Positions 1-10,599 of a stretch of 27,980 bases of DNA are shown piece after piece. The position numbers and the translations under genes are program-made. This DNA is from Malacoraja senta (Eukaryota). Each line of letters starts with the position of its first letter. The first letter of the stretch is position 1. The notes below the pieces were generated by a model. That model saw nothing but the letters and a program-made list of their open reading frames with translations. It made no database searches and was not told the origin of the DNA. The DNA lies in contig JAXLNO010000298.1 of the NCBI GenBank assembly GCA_038087875.1, positions 62,001 through 89,980 of the forward strand, read 5' to 3'.

Positions 1-224
1 GCTAAGTCTATGTTCAGTTGAAACCAGCATCTGCAGTGACCTCCTACAAATTCTCTGTACAACCTATTCTCATCAACTATGCCTGGATTCTACCATTTAT
101 CTACCCAAATTGGTGCATAAAAGTGCATTCTAATAGGGCAACAGCAATTATTTAAGTCAATGACCTCTGCTGAAAATCTTTGCCATTTACTTTAGTAAAT
201 TTCTGCCAATGCAACTTTTTACTT

Positions 225-545
225 TTAGTTTAGTTTAGTTTAGAGATACAGCGCGGAAACAGGCCCTCCGGCTCACCGAGTCCACATCGACCAGCGATCC
301 CCGCACATTAACACTATCCTGCACACACTAGAGACAATTTATATTTATACCAAGCCAATTAACCGACAAACCTGTACGTCTTTGGAGTGTGGGAGGAAAT
401 CAAAAATCTCGGAGAAATCCCATACGGTCATGGGGAGAACATACAAACTCCATACAGACAACCCCCGTAGGCGGGATTGAACCTGGGTCTCTGGCGTGGT
501 AAGCACTGTAAGGCAGCAACTCTAACGCTGTGCCATCGTGGCACA
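225..545 (-). mobile_element. tRNA-derived SINE, HE1/V-SINE-like
   Basis: tRNA-like head with A/B-box-like motifs, conserved body, CR1-like 3' end and (CTAAA)n tail; homologous to five other copies in the window. Confidence 0.85.
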
Positions 546-616
546 CTTGCTGTCTGTTTAAACTGCAGTTTTGAAAATCGAACACAAAGAAACACAACAT
601 TTTCATCTTTTAGAAT

Positions 617-859
617 TATAGAATGCTAGAAAACAGAACGTAGAACAGTACAGCTCAGGAACAGGCCCCTCAGCCTACAAAGACTATGCTGAACATGATC
701 TCCTCTGCCTACCTGTGATCCATATCCCTCTATTCCCTGCATATACATGCGCCTATCGGAAAGACTCTTAAACACCACTATCAAATCTGCCTCCAGCAGT
801 CGCCCGTGGCAGTGCATTCCAGGCACCCATAACTCTGTGTAAAAAACTTCCCACACACA
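617..859 (-). mobile_element. CR1-clade LINE 3' fragment, first part (interrupted)
   Basis: CR1 3' UTR and ORF2 end; breaks at ...cttcccacacaca and resumes at about 2695 (ccttcaaactttgcctctctc). Confidence 0.75.
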
Positions 860-1872
860 TCAATACATAACTAAAACTCTGATCTTGTTATCTTCCGGTT
901 TGGCGCTCATTCTATTTGTGCAAAAACGGTACGCGATAGCGCTACGATTTTTTCGCCAGCTTACTCGCCGTTCTTCTGTGCTGCAATTGCACCAAGTTTT
1001 GTTCCGATCGGTGGAAGCTGGTAAGAGTGATCTAGGTTTCAAAATCATAAAAACCACGCGTGCGCAGATCGATTGCCTCTCCTGCCATTCAGCGCCACGT
1101 GGATTGGTCCCCTCTACTGTCACTCCACGGGACGTTCCACCCCTTGCTGCGCCATCGCGTTTTTACTGCAGCTGCGGGAGGCTCTGGATGGCCTGTGGAG
1201 GTCTCCAACCGGACACAATTTTCGGAGGGAGGGACCGGAAACGACCCGACCCAGCCCGGCCCGACCCAGCGCAACCCAGCCCGGCACAGTCGGAGATGGC
1301 GCCGATGTCGCCAAACGGAAAGCAGAGACTCTGATCCCGGTGGAGAAGAACGACCAGTGAAGTGACCAGCGGCCAGCGCCCGCTGTGAGTCTCCATCGCA
1401 CCGCCAACCCCTTCCCCTCTGGTCCCCCTCACTGGCTCCTGCCCCTCTCACCCGTGACACCACTCTCCCCCATGGCTCTTCCCCCTTCTTTTCTCCGAGC
1501 TCTCCCCACCCTGCCACACTGCTCTCCCCGCCCACAAACCACTCCATCACACGACTCCTCCCCGACCCACACCCCTCCCCCCCACACCCCTCCCCCCACA
1601 ACCCCCTGCCCACATCCCTCTCCCCCACCCACACATACCCCCCTCCCCCAACCCCTCTGCCCACACATACCCACCTCCCACACCCCTCACAACCCTCCCC
1701 CTGCCGACACCCCCCCACCACGCCACACACACACCCTCCTTCCCCCACATTCCTCTCTCCCCCCCTCGCAAACCCCTCCAGCCCACATACACACCTCCCC
1801 TCCCACCCTGCCCCCCCCCCCACCACACACACCCTGTGGTGACTGGGGTCCAACGGGTCCCACTTCGTCTAG
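860..1872 (+). mobile_element. Non-autonomous Helitron
   Basis: Starts TC after host A859 (TCaatacataactaaaa), ends CTAG (1869-1872) before T1873; subterminal hairpin tggggtcc-aac-gggtccca (1844-1862); no TSD; no Rep/helicase ORF. Confidence 0.8.
1405..1835 (+). repeat. C-rich low-complexity tract inside the Helitron
   Basis: Dense runs of C interspersed with A/T and almost no G; G-run-rich on the minus strand. Confidence 0.9.
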
Positions 1873-1873
1873 T

Positions 1874-2694
1874 GGCGGCGCGGCCCTGGCTGCAGCGGCT
1901 CATCGGCAGTCCCGTTTGTTTGTGTTTTTTGTGTTGTTTATTTTGTTTTGGTCAGTCTAGTTTTTGGTTTTTAGTTTGTGTTTTGGGGGGGTGGGGGGTT
2001 GTAACGGGGTTTGCAGTCTCTCCCTGCGGGGGAATGCGACTTTTTTGTCGTATTCCCCTTCTCTGCCTCCGTCTGCGCTGAGGCCTAAATGGAGCTGATG
2101 ACCTAGAGGCTCCGGAGGCAGAGCCCGTCAGGACTCGCCCTGAGCTCGCTCCCGTGAGGGCGGGCCGAGCTCGGGGAGGTGCGGCGCTCGCAGCCCGAGG
2201 GAGGTTTGGCGCCCATGTCGGGGCGGCCCAGCCGGAGGGAGAAGCGACGCCCATGTCGGGGCGGCCTGGCCCAGGGGGAGAAGCAGCGCCCATGTCGGTG
2301 CGGCCCGGCCCAGGGGGAGAGGCGACGCCCATGTCGGGGCGGCCCAGACCGAGGCTGAAGATGGTACTCACGTGAGGGTGGCTGGGACGGTGTTCTGGCG
2401 GTGGTGGCCTGAGTCCGGGGTTCGGCCGTGGGCCAGCGGCTGCGTTTGCAGGACTGGGGGGCGGCAGCTTTGAGCCGCGGGAAACATCGCCCGGGGGGTA
2501 TCGCTTCAGCGCAGAGGGAGAAGAGAAGAGACTGCAGACCTAAGACTTTTGCCTCCATCACAGTGAGGAGATGTTGGGTGGACTCACTGTGGTGGATGTT
2601 AATATGTTTATTGTTGTTTTATGTACGACTGCTTCAATTTCGTTCAGACTTCGGTCTGAATGACAATAAAAGGCTATTCTATTCTATTCTATTC
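1874..2694 (+). mobile_element. GC-rich non-autonomous retroposon with Rex1/Babar-like 3' tail
   Basis: Ends tgacaataaaaggct(attct)n, resembling Rex-type LINE tails elsewhere in the window; no recognisable protein domains; host CR1 resumes directly after. Confidence 0.6.
2211..2353 (+). repeat. 38-39 bp GC-rich minisatellite, about 3.7 copies
   Basis: gcccatgtcgg starts at 2211, 2249, 2288 and 2327. Confidence 0.9.
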
Positions 2695-2790
2695 TCCTTC
2701 AAACTTTGCCTCTCTCATCTTAAAGCTATCCCCTCATTTTTATCCTGCGGATAAGATTATGAGTTTACCCTATCTACGCCTCTCGTAAAA
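2695..2790 (-). mobile_element. CR1-clade LINE fragment, continuation of 617-859
   Basis: Colinear continuation of the CR1 ORF2 end, as judged from other CR1 copies (e.g. 12480-12540). Confidence 0.65.
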
Positions 2791-3157
2791 TGTTCATCTC
2801 ATTTATGTGTGATTAATTCCTTCCTTCTTCATCCCAACAATGTTGATTAAATATATTTAAGCAGATCCCATGTGAATCAATTAAAATTTTAGAATTTGTG
2901 TAAAATTCCCTCCAATTTTGAATAAATGATCCTTTCCTTACAGTTTTTTAATGGACAAAAACAATAGTTGCTGGTGCCGTCATGAACTTCACGCTGAGGA
3001 GCATCTGTCGCTGAGGAGTAAATGATACTTTATGAATGAATGATACTCTATTGCCACATGTACCAAGGTACAGAGAAGGAAAAGATAACATTGGTACAGA
3101 CACCTTATGCTTTGTGTGTTCTTGATTTACACGTTCATAAAATAACGTACGTGTAAT

Positions 3158-3285
3158 TCATAAGATCATAAGTGCTAGGAGCAGAATTAGGCCATTCACT
3201 GTCTACACTGCCATTCAATCATGGCTGATCTATCTCTTCCTACTAACCCCATTCTCCTGCCAATTCCCCATAACTTCTGACACTC
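3158..3285 (-). mobile_element. CR1 3' end fragment
   Basis: ggagcagaattaggccattc...ccattcaatcatggctgatcta, the reverse complement of CR1 tails at 7680-7800 and 16520-16640. Confidence 0.75.
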
Positions 3286-3613
3286 TCTCCACATCCACTA
3301 TCCAAGCCAACCAAGTAATTTAGTAATTATTACCAAAGTTTAATTTACTTGGTTCTACTTTTGGGACTAACGCGCTCAAATTTACGCCTGGCACTGCATG
3401 GCAGTTCTGTTGCATGCGGTGCCTGGCCTATTTGATTTGCACTCTTTTTGATCTACTCGCTGCTGTTCAAGCACGCAACCTTGCGTAAAACACAAAGTGC
3501 CTGTATTACAGTTTGCAGCTGGACCTGCAGTAGTTAGGGCTCTAAATTACATACACCAATAACCCTGCCTTAGGAATTGTTAAAGATGCCCTAATGTCTG
3601 TCTGTCTTTAATG

Positions 3614-3765
3614 TGTAGCAAGGAACTGCAAATGCTGGTTTACACCGAAGATAGACAAAACATGCTGGAATAACTCAGTGGGACAGGCAGCATCTCTGGA
3701 GAGAAGGAATAGGTGACGTTTTGGGTCGAGACCCTTCTTCAGACTAGTGTCTGAAGAAGGGTCTC
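3614..3765 (-). mobile_element. Penelope-like pseudo-LTR fragment with inverted end
   Basis: Reverse complement of the PLE 3' end at 24760-24842; ends in a perfect 17-bp inverted repeat. Confidence 0.8.
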
Positions 3766-3786
3766 ATTAGGACTAGTGTCTGAAGA

Positions 3787-4040
3787 CTGTCTGCCTTTAA
3801 TGTGGAGATGTCTCAACCGACTGCGAACCGGGGTCAGGCGGTCAAGGGTGACAATGCATAAATGGGGCTACATCGAGGGTACAACAACCTGTGACTGTGG
3901 CACACAGACCCAGACAATGCAACACCTACTGCAATGCCCATTGCTCGATAATCCATGTACTACTGCAGACCTTGTACTAACACTCCAATAGCGCAACGAT
4001 GTGTACAGCAGTGGCATAAGGACACGAAAGAAGAAGACAT
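3787..4040 (+). mobile_element. I-group (Ingi/Vingi-like) non-LTR retrotransposon 3' fragment
   Basis: WRCLNRLRTG...KWG...CDCG...QTMQHLLQCP C-terminal Cys/His motif followed by a short (gaa)n tail. Clade assignment is from recall. Confidence 0.6.
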
Positions 4041-4221
4041 ATGTGTATAGCATAACGACACAAAAGAAGAAGAATGTGATAGATTTTGTGAGGGAAATGT
4101 ACACCTGCCTCTTATTCTCCACTTTCGGACAGTAGAAGGCCAAGTGGCATCTGAAAATGTTTGCGACAATGTTCAATCTAACTTTGAAAGTATCAACTGC
4201 TTTTGGTGTTCTTTTCATGTC

Positions 4222-4392
4222 ACAGGTGCTATCGCAACATTTAAGAAACATTTGGACAGATACACGGATAGGACGGGTCTAGAGGGATATGGGCCAAATG
4301 TAGGCAGGGGGGACTAGTGTAGATGGGACATGTTGGTGAGTGTGGGCAAATTGGGCCTAAGGGCCTGTTTACACACTGTATGGCTCTATGAC
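4222..4392 (+). mobile_element. CR1 3' fragment
   Basis: Similar to 12590-12752; tail gggcctaagggcctgtttacacactgtatggctctatga. Confidence 0.75.
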
Positions 4393-4539
4393 ACAATTTA
4401 GATTTTTTTTTTTTATATCACCACTTCACACAGAAATTTTATTTCACCCATCCAAATGAGCCCTACTCCACCCATTTTTCTTGTCTCAATTTTGGTAAAA
4501 TTAGGCAGTGAACAATTAAACAAGCCAACCTTAGATGAA

Positions 4540-4829
4540 TTTAGTTTAGTTTAGTTAGAGATACAGTGCAGAAAAAGCACGCTAAGACCAGTGATCCCTG
4601 CACACTAACTTGAACCTCCACCCGGGGGACAATTTACACTTTTACCAAAGCCAATTAACCTACAAACCTGTACTTCTTTGGAGTGTGGGACGGAGCACCC
4701 AGAGAAATCCCATGCGGGTAATGGGGAGAACGTACAAACTCCGTACAGATAGCAACCATAGCCAGGTTTGAATCTGGGTCTCTGGCGCTTGTAAGGCAGC
4801 AAGTCTACTGCTACACCTCCGTGCCAGCC
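4540..4829 (-). mobile_element. HE1-like SINE (internally deleted)
   Basis: Homologous to the other SINE copies; (tttag)n tail on the plus strand. Confidence 0.8.
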
Positions 4830-4916
4830 TGAATGTTATGTAACAAGTGCTTTTATGTTTGTTTGTTATGTAGGATAGAATTTGTTACCTGTTGTGGATT
4901 TTCTACATTCACTTAC

Positions 4917-5335
4917 TTTCTTCAGAAAGGGCATTTTCTTGTTCTTCTTTCTCCATCTGTTGGCACCAGGCATCCATGCGCTCCTTTTCAGCTTGAAGCA
5001 GTTTCATAAACCATCGACCGTCCCTTTGACACACTGACCTCTGACCCGCTTCTACTTCTGCCTCTGATATAGAGTCAATCCAGGGTTCAGGAGGTGGCAG
5101 AAAAGAAGGATCAAAAATTGAGTCAAAGGCGTTTTCTTGTGCTCTGGCCTGCAAATGGTTGTCCTCTGATCCAAGAAAGCTAGCTGTACATGTACTTGTG
5201 TCTTTGGAGAGCTGCCTTAGCAATGGATTTGAAACAATCTCCAGGGGTTCCACTGTAATTTCTGAATGCTCTCTGCAATCCAGATCAGCCTGCACTGCTG
5301 TAGTCACACTGTTTGACCGTGTAAATCTTCGAAAA
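4917..5335 (-). CDS. DLGAP1: DLGAP1 internal coding exon C, 419 nt (start of the GKAP homology region)
   Basis: First T completes Cys (TG+T), then FRRFTRSNSVTTAVQADLD...FDPSFLPPPEPWIDSI...QRSVCQRDGRWFMKLLQAEKERMDAWCQQMEKEEQENALSEE. Acceptor ttgtAG, donor A|GTAAGT at 4916. The next expected exon (ILGKIR...) was not found in the window. Confidence 0.95.
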
Positions 5336-5676
5336 CTACAAGAGAATAATAATTGTTAGAACATTTTAATGGAAATTCGTTCTATTTTTATGTGGCTAAA
5401 ATATAAAAACTGCACCATAGATGATATCAGTATTCTGGACCTGCATTGATCCAGTGGGTCTATGCAATGGCAGGTTTGAGCTACATAAAATAGGAATATC
5501 CCAGATTAATGGATTCTCAGTTGCAGAGGAAGGGGCTATTGGTTTTATTGGTCTCACACCTGGCAGTTGCTAAATACAATTTTTAGACTTCTGCTTTAAA
5601 AAACATATTTCCTCCGAATTGTAGAGCAACAGACATAATGTGGAGAGAACAATTTGTACAAAGAAAAATAATATTG

Positions 5677-5984
5677 TTAGTTTGTTTAGTTTAGTTTAGA
5701 GATACAGCACGAAAACAGGCCCTTCAGCCCACGCCGACCAGCGGTCCCCGCACACTAACACTATCCTACACACATTAGGGACAATTTACATTTATACCAA
5801 GCCAATTAACCTGCAATTAACCGTCTTTAGCGTGTGGGAGGTAACCGAAGATCTCGGAGAAAACCCACGCAAGTCACGGGGGGAACGTACAACCTCCATA
5901 CAGACAAGCACCCGTGGTCAGGATCGAACCCGGGTTTCTGGTGCTGTAAGTCAGTAGCTCTACCGCTGCACCACCACGCCGCCC
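5677..5984 (-). mobile_element. HE1-like SINE
   Basis: Near full length: head gggcggcgtggtggtgcagcggtagag, B box gggttcgatcc, (CTAAA)n tail. Confidence 0.88.
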
Positions 5985-5988
5985 TACT

Positions 5989-6581
5989 TTTTTTTAAAAT
6001 TATTATTTATTTTTATTAGAAGTACAATTGTATACAATCATATTTTCATAATACATTTTATGTACAGCTTCTTATTTTTTTAATTTTGTAATAAAGAAGA
6101 AAAAGAAAAAGAAATTAGATAATGAAGAATAGAAAAATGTGAGATATATAGTGTGTGAAAAAGAAAAATAGAGAGTGAAAGAAGAAAGTTAAGAAATAGA
6201 AAATAGAAGAAAAAGAGTAAAAGAAGAAAAGAGAAGAAAAAGAAAAGAGAAGTAAGGAGATCGTATTTATAATCTTGACCATTCCTCACCCAGTCACGGA
6301 TTAGCTTTTACACTTGTGTTGCACCATATGATTCCAAAAAGACGACAAATGGAGACCAACTCGTTATGAATTGGTCAAATTTATCTATTAGGAGGAATCG
6401 CATTTCCTCAAAATGTGCGGTATCCAACATACTTGCAATCCACATTTTGAGCATTGGTATTGGTGTATTTTTCCAAAATTTCAATATTAATTTTTTTGCT
6501 ATTATTAAACCATAATTAAAAAATAATTTTTGAGATGGGTTCAATTTGTTCCCATCTTCCATTACCCCAAATATAATCAAT
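5989..6581 (-). mobile_element. 5'-truncated L1-clade LINE with poly(A) and TSD
   Basis: ORF 6308-6580 resembles the C-terminus of fish-type L1 ORF2 (IIAKKLILKFWK...W...E...F...WSPF); pyrimidine-rich 3' UTR; A-tail; flanking direct repeat cacgccgccctact at 5975-5988 and 6582-6595. Confidence 0.85.
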
Positions 6582-7264
6582 CACGCCGCCCTACTGTGTG
6601 ATGCTTACATCAGATATTTCTCATCTATACATTTTTTATAAATATAAGTTACTAAAATCAAAATTTTTAAGCATCAAATACAATTACATCAAATTATATT
6701 TTATGTTATAAATACATCTTATTGCACCAAGGCAAATTCCTTGTATGTGAATACTTGGCCAATAAACTCATTCATTCATTCATCTTAAGTTGCAGAAATT
6801 ATGACAGTTTTATTTACTATAATAACTGCCCCAAATCAATTTTAATCAGCATTAAAATTAAAATCTCAACATTAAAATTTATACCATTTAACTATTTAGG
6901 ATGTTTCACAATAAAGAATGTAATAATGTTACATTTACAAATCAACTACATGCTCTTGGAAATAACTCAAAACATTTTGCAAAATTATATTCATATTGTT
7001 TACATAGATAAACCTGAAAATTCACAAAATATGCTCTGTCAAATGAGAACAAGTCAACTGTAACATCAAGACAATTTTCTGTTACTCTGAACCCCATATA
7101 GACTTTTCACCTAACATAAATATTCTCCCTGGAATATTGCTTTATTTTGGTGGAGGACAGACTCCTGCAGACTGAAAAATTGAAAGCACGGCACTGTTTT
7201 TTGTAATTATCTGTGGCGTAAATACCGGCGTTCTCGGAGTTACATATGACCTGACTTAATCCAG

Positions 7265-7803
7265 CTTTAGGGCCCCATATCGGAAGATGGATGTGCTGGT
7301 GCTGTGGGCAGGGTCCAGCGGAGGATTACGAGAAGGAATGCGTGGGTTAACATATGATGTGCATTTGACGGCACAGGGCCTCTACCCGCTGGAGTTTAGA
7401 AGGATGAGGGGGGGGGGGGGACTTCCATGAAACTTACCGAATAGTGAAAGACCGGGATAGAGTGGATGTGGTGAGGATGTTTCCACCAGTGGAAGAGTCT
7501 AGGGCCAGAGGTCATAGCCTCAGAATTAAAGGATGTTACTTTAGGAAGGAGATGAGGAGGAATTTCTTTAGAGGGTTGTGAATCTGTGGAATTCATTGCC
7601 ACAGAACGCTGTGAAGGCCGAGTCAATGGATATTTTTAAGGCAGAGATAGATAGATTCTTGATTAGTGTGGGTGTCAGGGGTTATGGGGAGATGACAGGA
7701 AAATGGGGTTGAGGGAGAGATAGATCAACCATGATTGATTGGCGGAGTAGACTTGATTGGCCAACTGGCCTAATTCTGCTCCTATCACTTATAAAGTTAT
7801 GAA
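7265..7803 (+). mobile_element. CR1 3' fragment (decayed)
   Basis: ggagtttagaaggatgagggg...tctgtggaattcattgcc...ggcctaattctgctcct, homologous to 10978-11485. Confidence 0.85.
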
Positions 7804-8139
7804 GTAACCTGGGGACTGCTGAACCATACAGGCACTTACTACAACCCATTTGTCTGATACGTTTGCAGAATGGACTGCGCTTTGAGTGGTACCACAATAC
7901 CTCCTGTGATGCTTCAGTGTAAAGAAAAAGATCATGTGGTACCGTGAATCATACCAGGTGAACACTGATCAATTAGGACTAGCAACTCTCTGATGTTTTA
8001 TCAATAAATGCTCATGCTTGTTCAATTGTATCCAAGGCCATGGGATGCTTTGGGTTATTGGTGGGTACTTCAACATCAGGGTTGCTCACCTGCTTGAATA
8101 CATGAGAGTTCCTCTAGGGACAATAATCATTCATTAAGG

Positions 8140-8465
8140 GCTCGGCTGGACTGGGCGCTGCTCCAAGAGGCTGAGATCGTGGACTGGTGGGTGGACCAGC
8201 AACGGTGGAGGACATGGCAGAAACGCTTGGCCAGGCTGACCACAGGATAACGGGCTTTCATGGTCAGGTCAAGAACCCCGTACTTGCAAATTGGGACTTG
8301 AAAATGGTGATTCTGTAGTTTGCTGTACTACTGCTATACACTTGCGCTGTATCTGAGATGCTTATCTAAGATGTACCTAAGTGCTCATGTTGAGGGATAC
8401 TTGTAGTGAACTGTATACAAATATGAATTTCACTGTACCTCGGTACATGTGATAAATAAAGTACA
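8140..8465 (+). mobile_element. Decayed non-autonomous retroposon with Rex/RTE-like tail
   Basis: Tail gaatttcactgtacctcggtacatgtgataaataaag is shared with 15525-15560 and, inverted, with 3050-3075 and 13275-13310. Confidence 0.5.
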
Positions 8466-8725
8466 GAGATTGAATAAGATTTGTTTGCAGTATGTAGAAA
8501 ACTTGTTCAAGATGTCTAACTTGCAATCACTGGTAGGGAAATAGGATGGTTTACAAATGCCAGTGTGCTCTGAAGGACGTGCTGGATGGTTGAAGCAGTT
8601 GTGTGCCAATGATCATTATTTTGGAGATCTGCAGTCTTCAACAATGCTTCAAGACAATGAAACTGAAAGGACATTGTAACGTTACAAGGACAGACTGGTA
8701 GGTACATGAAGTGTAGATGATGGAG

Positions 8726-8900
8726 TCTTGAGCAAAAAGTGCTGGGGTAACTCAGCGGGTGAGACAGCATCTCTGAAGAATGTGATTAGCAACGTTCTGG
8801 GTCAGACTGATTGTAGTAAGGGGGAGGAGAAAGTCGGAACAAAGCTGTCATGTGGAACCGAGGCTGAATCCAGAGATTCTGTGGGAGAGGAGAGGGGCGA
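8726..8900 (-). mobile_element. Penelope-like pseudo-LTR fragment (decayed)
   Basis: caaaaagtgctggggtaactcagcgggtgagacagcatctctg matches the other pLTR pieces. Confidence 0.6.
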
Positions 8901-9640
8901 CGGGGAGATGGTGAGAATAGGAGGTTTGCTTAATAATAACTAACTGGGGAGCAGGGCCGATCAGAGAGAACAAGGGCTGAAGGCCTGGAGAGGGACATCG
9001 GTTCACGGGACGACTGGAATGGAGGCGACGGCTGCAATAGGCCTTTGTGGCCAGCTGCAGCTGGGACTGTAAAATGGCACCAAAATAGCACCTCTTTAGC
9101 TGGGGACCAATCTGGCACTGTACAATAAAGGCCATGATCTATAAGTGCTCAATGATGGTTATTTCCAATTTCTCCCATAATAGCTAAAAATGAGTGGTGC
9201 ATGGAGAATGACATAAACTCAGACTAGATATGCATGAAGTTATTTCACACATACAAGTGTGAAACACACCCGGATCTGTCTGGTTGAATGTGGGAATGGC
9301 AGCGTGTATATAACCAGGAGATGGTCACTTCTGCGTTTCACTCTGTGGTAAGTACATTTACAATCATTGTCTGTGGAAATAAACGGTGCCTGCTACGCCA
9401 TCTAATTTCTAGGCATGTTTATTCTTAAGGTTTAATGTGTGAGAATTTACAACGAAAACTCGCCAGACTGGAAATGTTTCATTATAAAGAAATGTTGTTA
9501 ATAAGCAACTGTGTGGCTAAGCACAAGAAGGTCACGATATCCATAATCATTCCCTCTGCAACGTAATACGCAGCTGGATTTATTTTTCTTTCAACAGTTG
9601 GAACTTTTAGATTTAACATTGTTAGTTTCAAACCAAAAAT

Positions 9641-9689
9641 TACATTGTTTGTTTCAAATCAAACTGTACATTGTTTGTTTCAAATCAAA
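9641..9689 (+). repeat. Tandem duplication, 23-bp unit twice (period 26)
   Basis: tacattgtttgtttcaaatcaaa at 9641 and 9667. Confidence 0.9.
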
Positions 9690-9752
9690 ACCTATGACAA
9701 CAGAAATATGAAACTGCTGCAGTAATAGAAAGATTGAATAAGCTGAGAGACT

Positions 9753-10063
9753 AGGGCGGCACAGTGGAGCAGCGGTAGAGTTGCTGCCTTACAGTGCCAG
9801 AGACCCGGGTGCGATCCCAACTACAGGTGCTGTCTGTATGGAGTTTTACCTTCTCCCTGTGACCGCGTGGGTTTTCTCCGAGATCTTCTATTTCCTCCCA
9901 CACTCCAAAGACATACAGGTTTGAGAAGTTAATTGACTTGGTATAATTGTAAATTGTCCCTAGTGTGTGTAGGACAGTGTTAATGTGCGGGGATCGCTGG
10001 TCGGTGCGGACTCGGTGGGCTGAAGGGCCTGTTTCCACGCTGTATCTCTAAACGAAACTAAAC
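9753..10063 (+). mobile_element. HE1-like SINE, full length
   Basis: gggcggcacagtggagcagcggtagag...gggtgcgatcc...gggctgaagggcctgtttccacgctgtatctctaaacgaaactaaa. Confidence 0.9.
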
Positions 10064-10599
10064 AATCAAGAGAAAAACAGTAATCGTACAGTTAAAATTC
10101 TTGTAGAACTAAAGAACTGTAGACCCGCTGAGTTACTCCAGCACTTGTTCAGCTCTTTTATTAAAGGGGCAACCAAACACTAAAATGCCACAACTTATCA
10201 TAGTTAATTTAATGAAAACACATGAAATTTAATTGAAATAGTGGCAGTTTTGGAATGCTTTTCTCCAGTTTCAGGACTTCTATTTTGTTTTCAATCACTT
10301 GTGTAGGCTTCCACAAAGTGTTAGACGTTTCACAAAATGAATACAGATGAAATAGAGTGAAAGAGGAAAACATTCTGAGATAATTTAACAAACAATTGGA
10401 TGATGCAACGTGATGGATGGGCTGTGATTAATCAAATGACATTCTTTCATTCGGTTATAATTGGGCAGTAACTACAAAAGTATGCACGGAGCTACAAAGG
10501 AGCATGTAGAGCTCAGAGATACATTTTGTAATCAAAAAGTTTGATTTCCACTTATGTGATTTAAGTTCTGTGAGGGTGGTATCGCAGAAATTGACTTAC

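Noticed and set aside
2211..2353. CRISPR-like regularly spaced repeats
   Set aside because: The units are near-identical over their whole length with no unique spacers or cas genes; this is a eukaryotic minisatellite.
885..2754. Many long overlapping ORFs (up to 254 aa; Pro/His- or Gly/Val-rich)
   Set aside because: They arise from GC-rich and low-complexity TE sequence, with no recognisable domains or splice context.
4909..5307. Stand-alone 132-aa gene as given by the ORF track (likewise 16668-17072)
   Set aside because: These are internal DLGAP1 exons; the ORF starts and stops are artefacts of ignoring splicing.
6080..6289. Hydrophobic 69-aa membrane peptide
   Set aside because: It is a translation of the pyrimidine-rich L1 3' UTR.
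9753..9830. tRNA gene
   Set aside because: The tRNA-like segment continues into the SINE body and tail; it is a SINE head, as in the other five copies.
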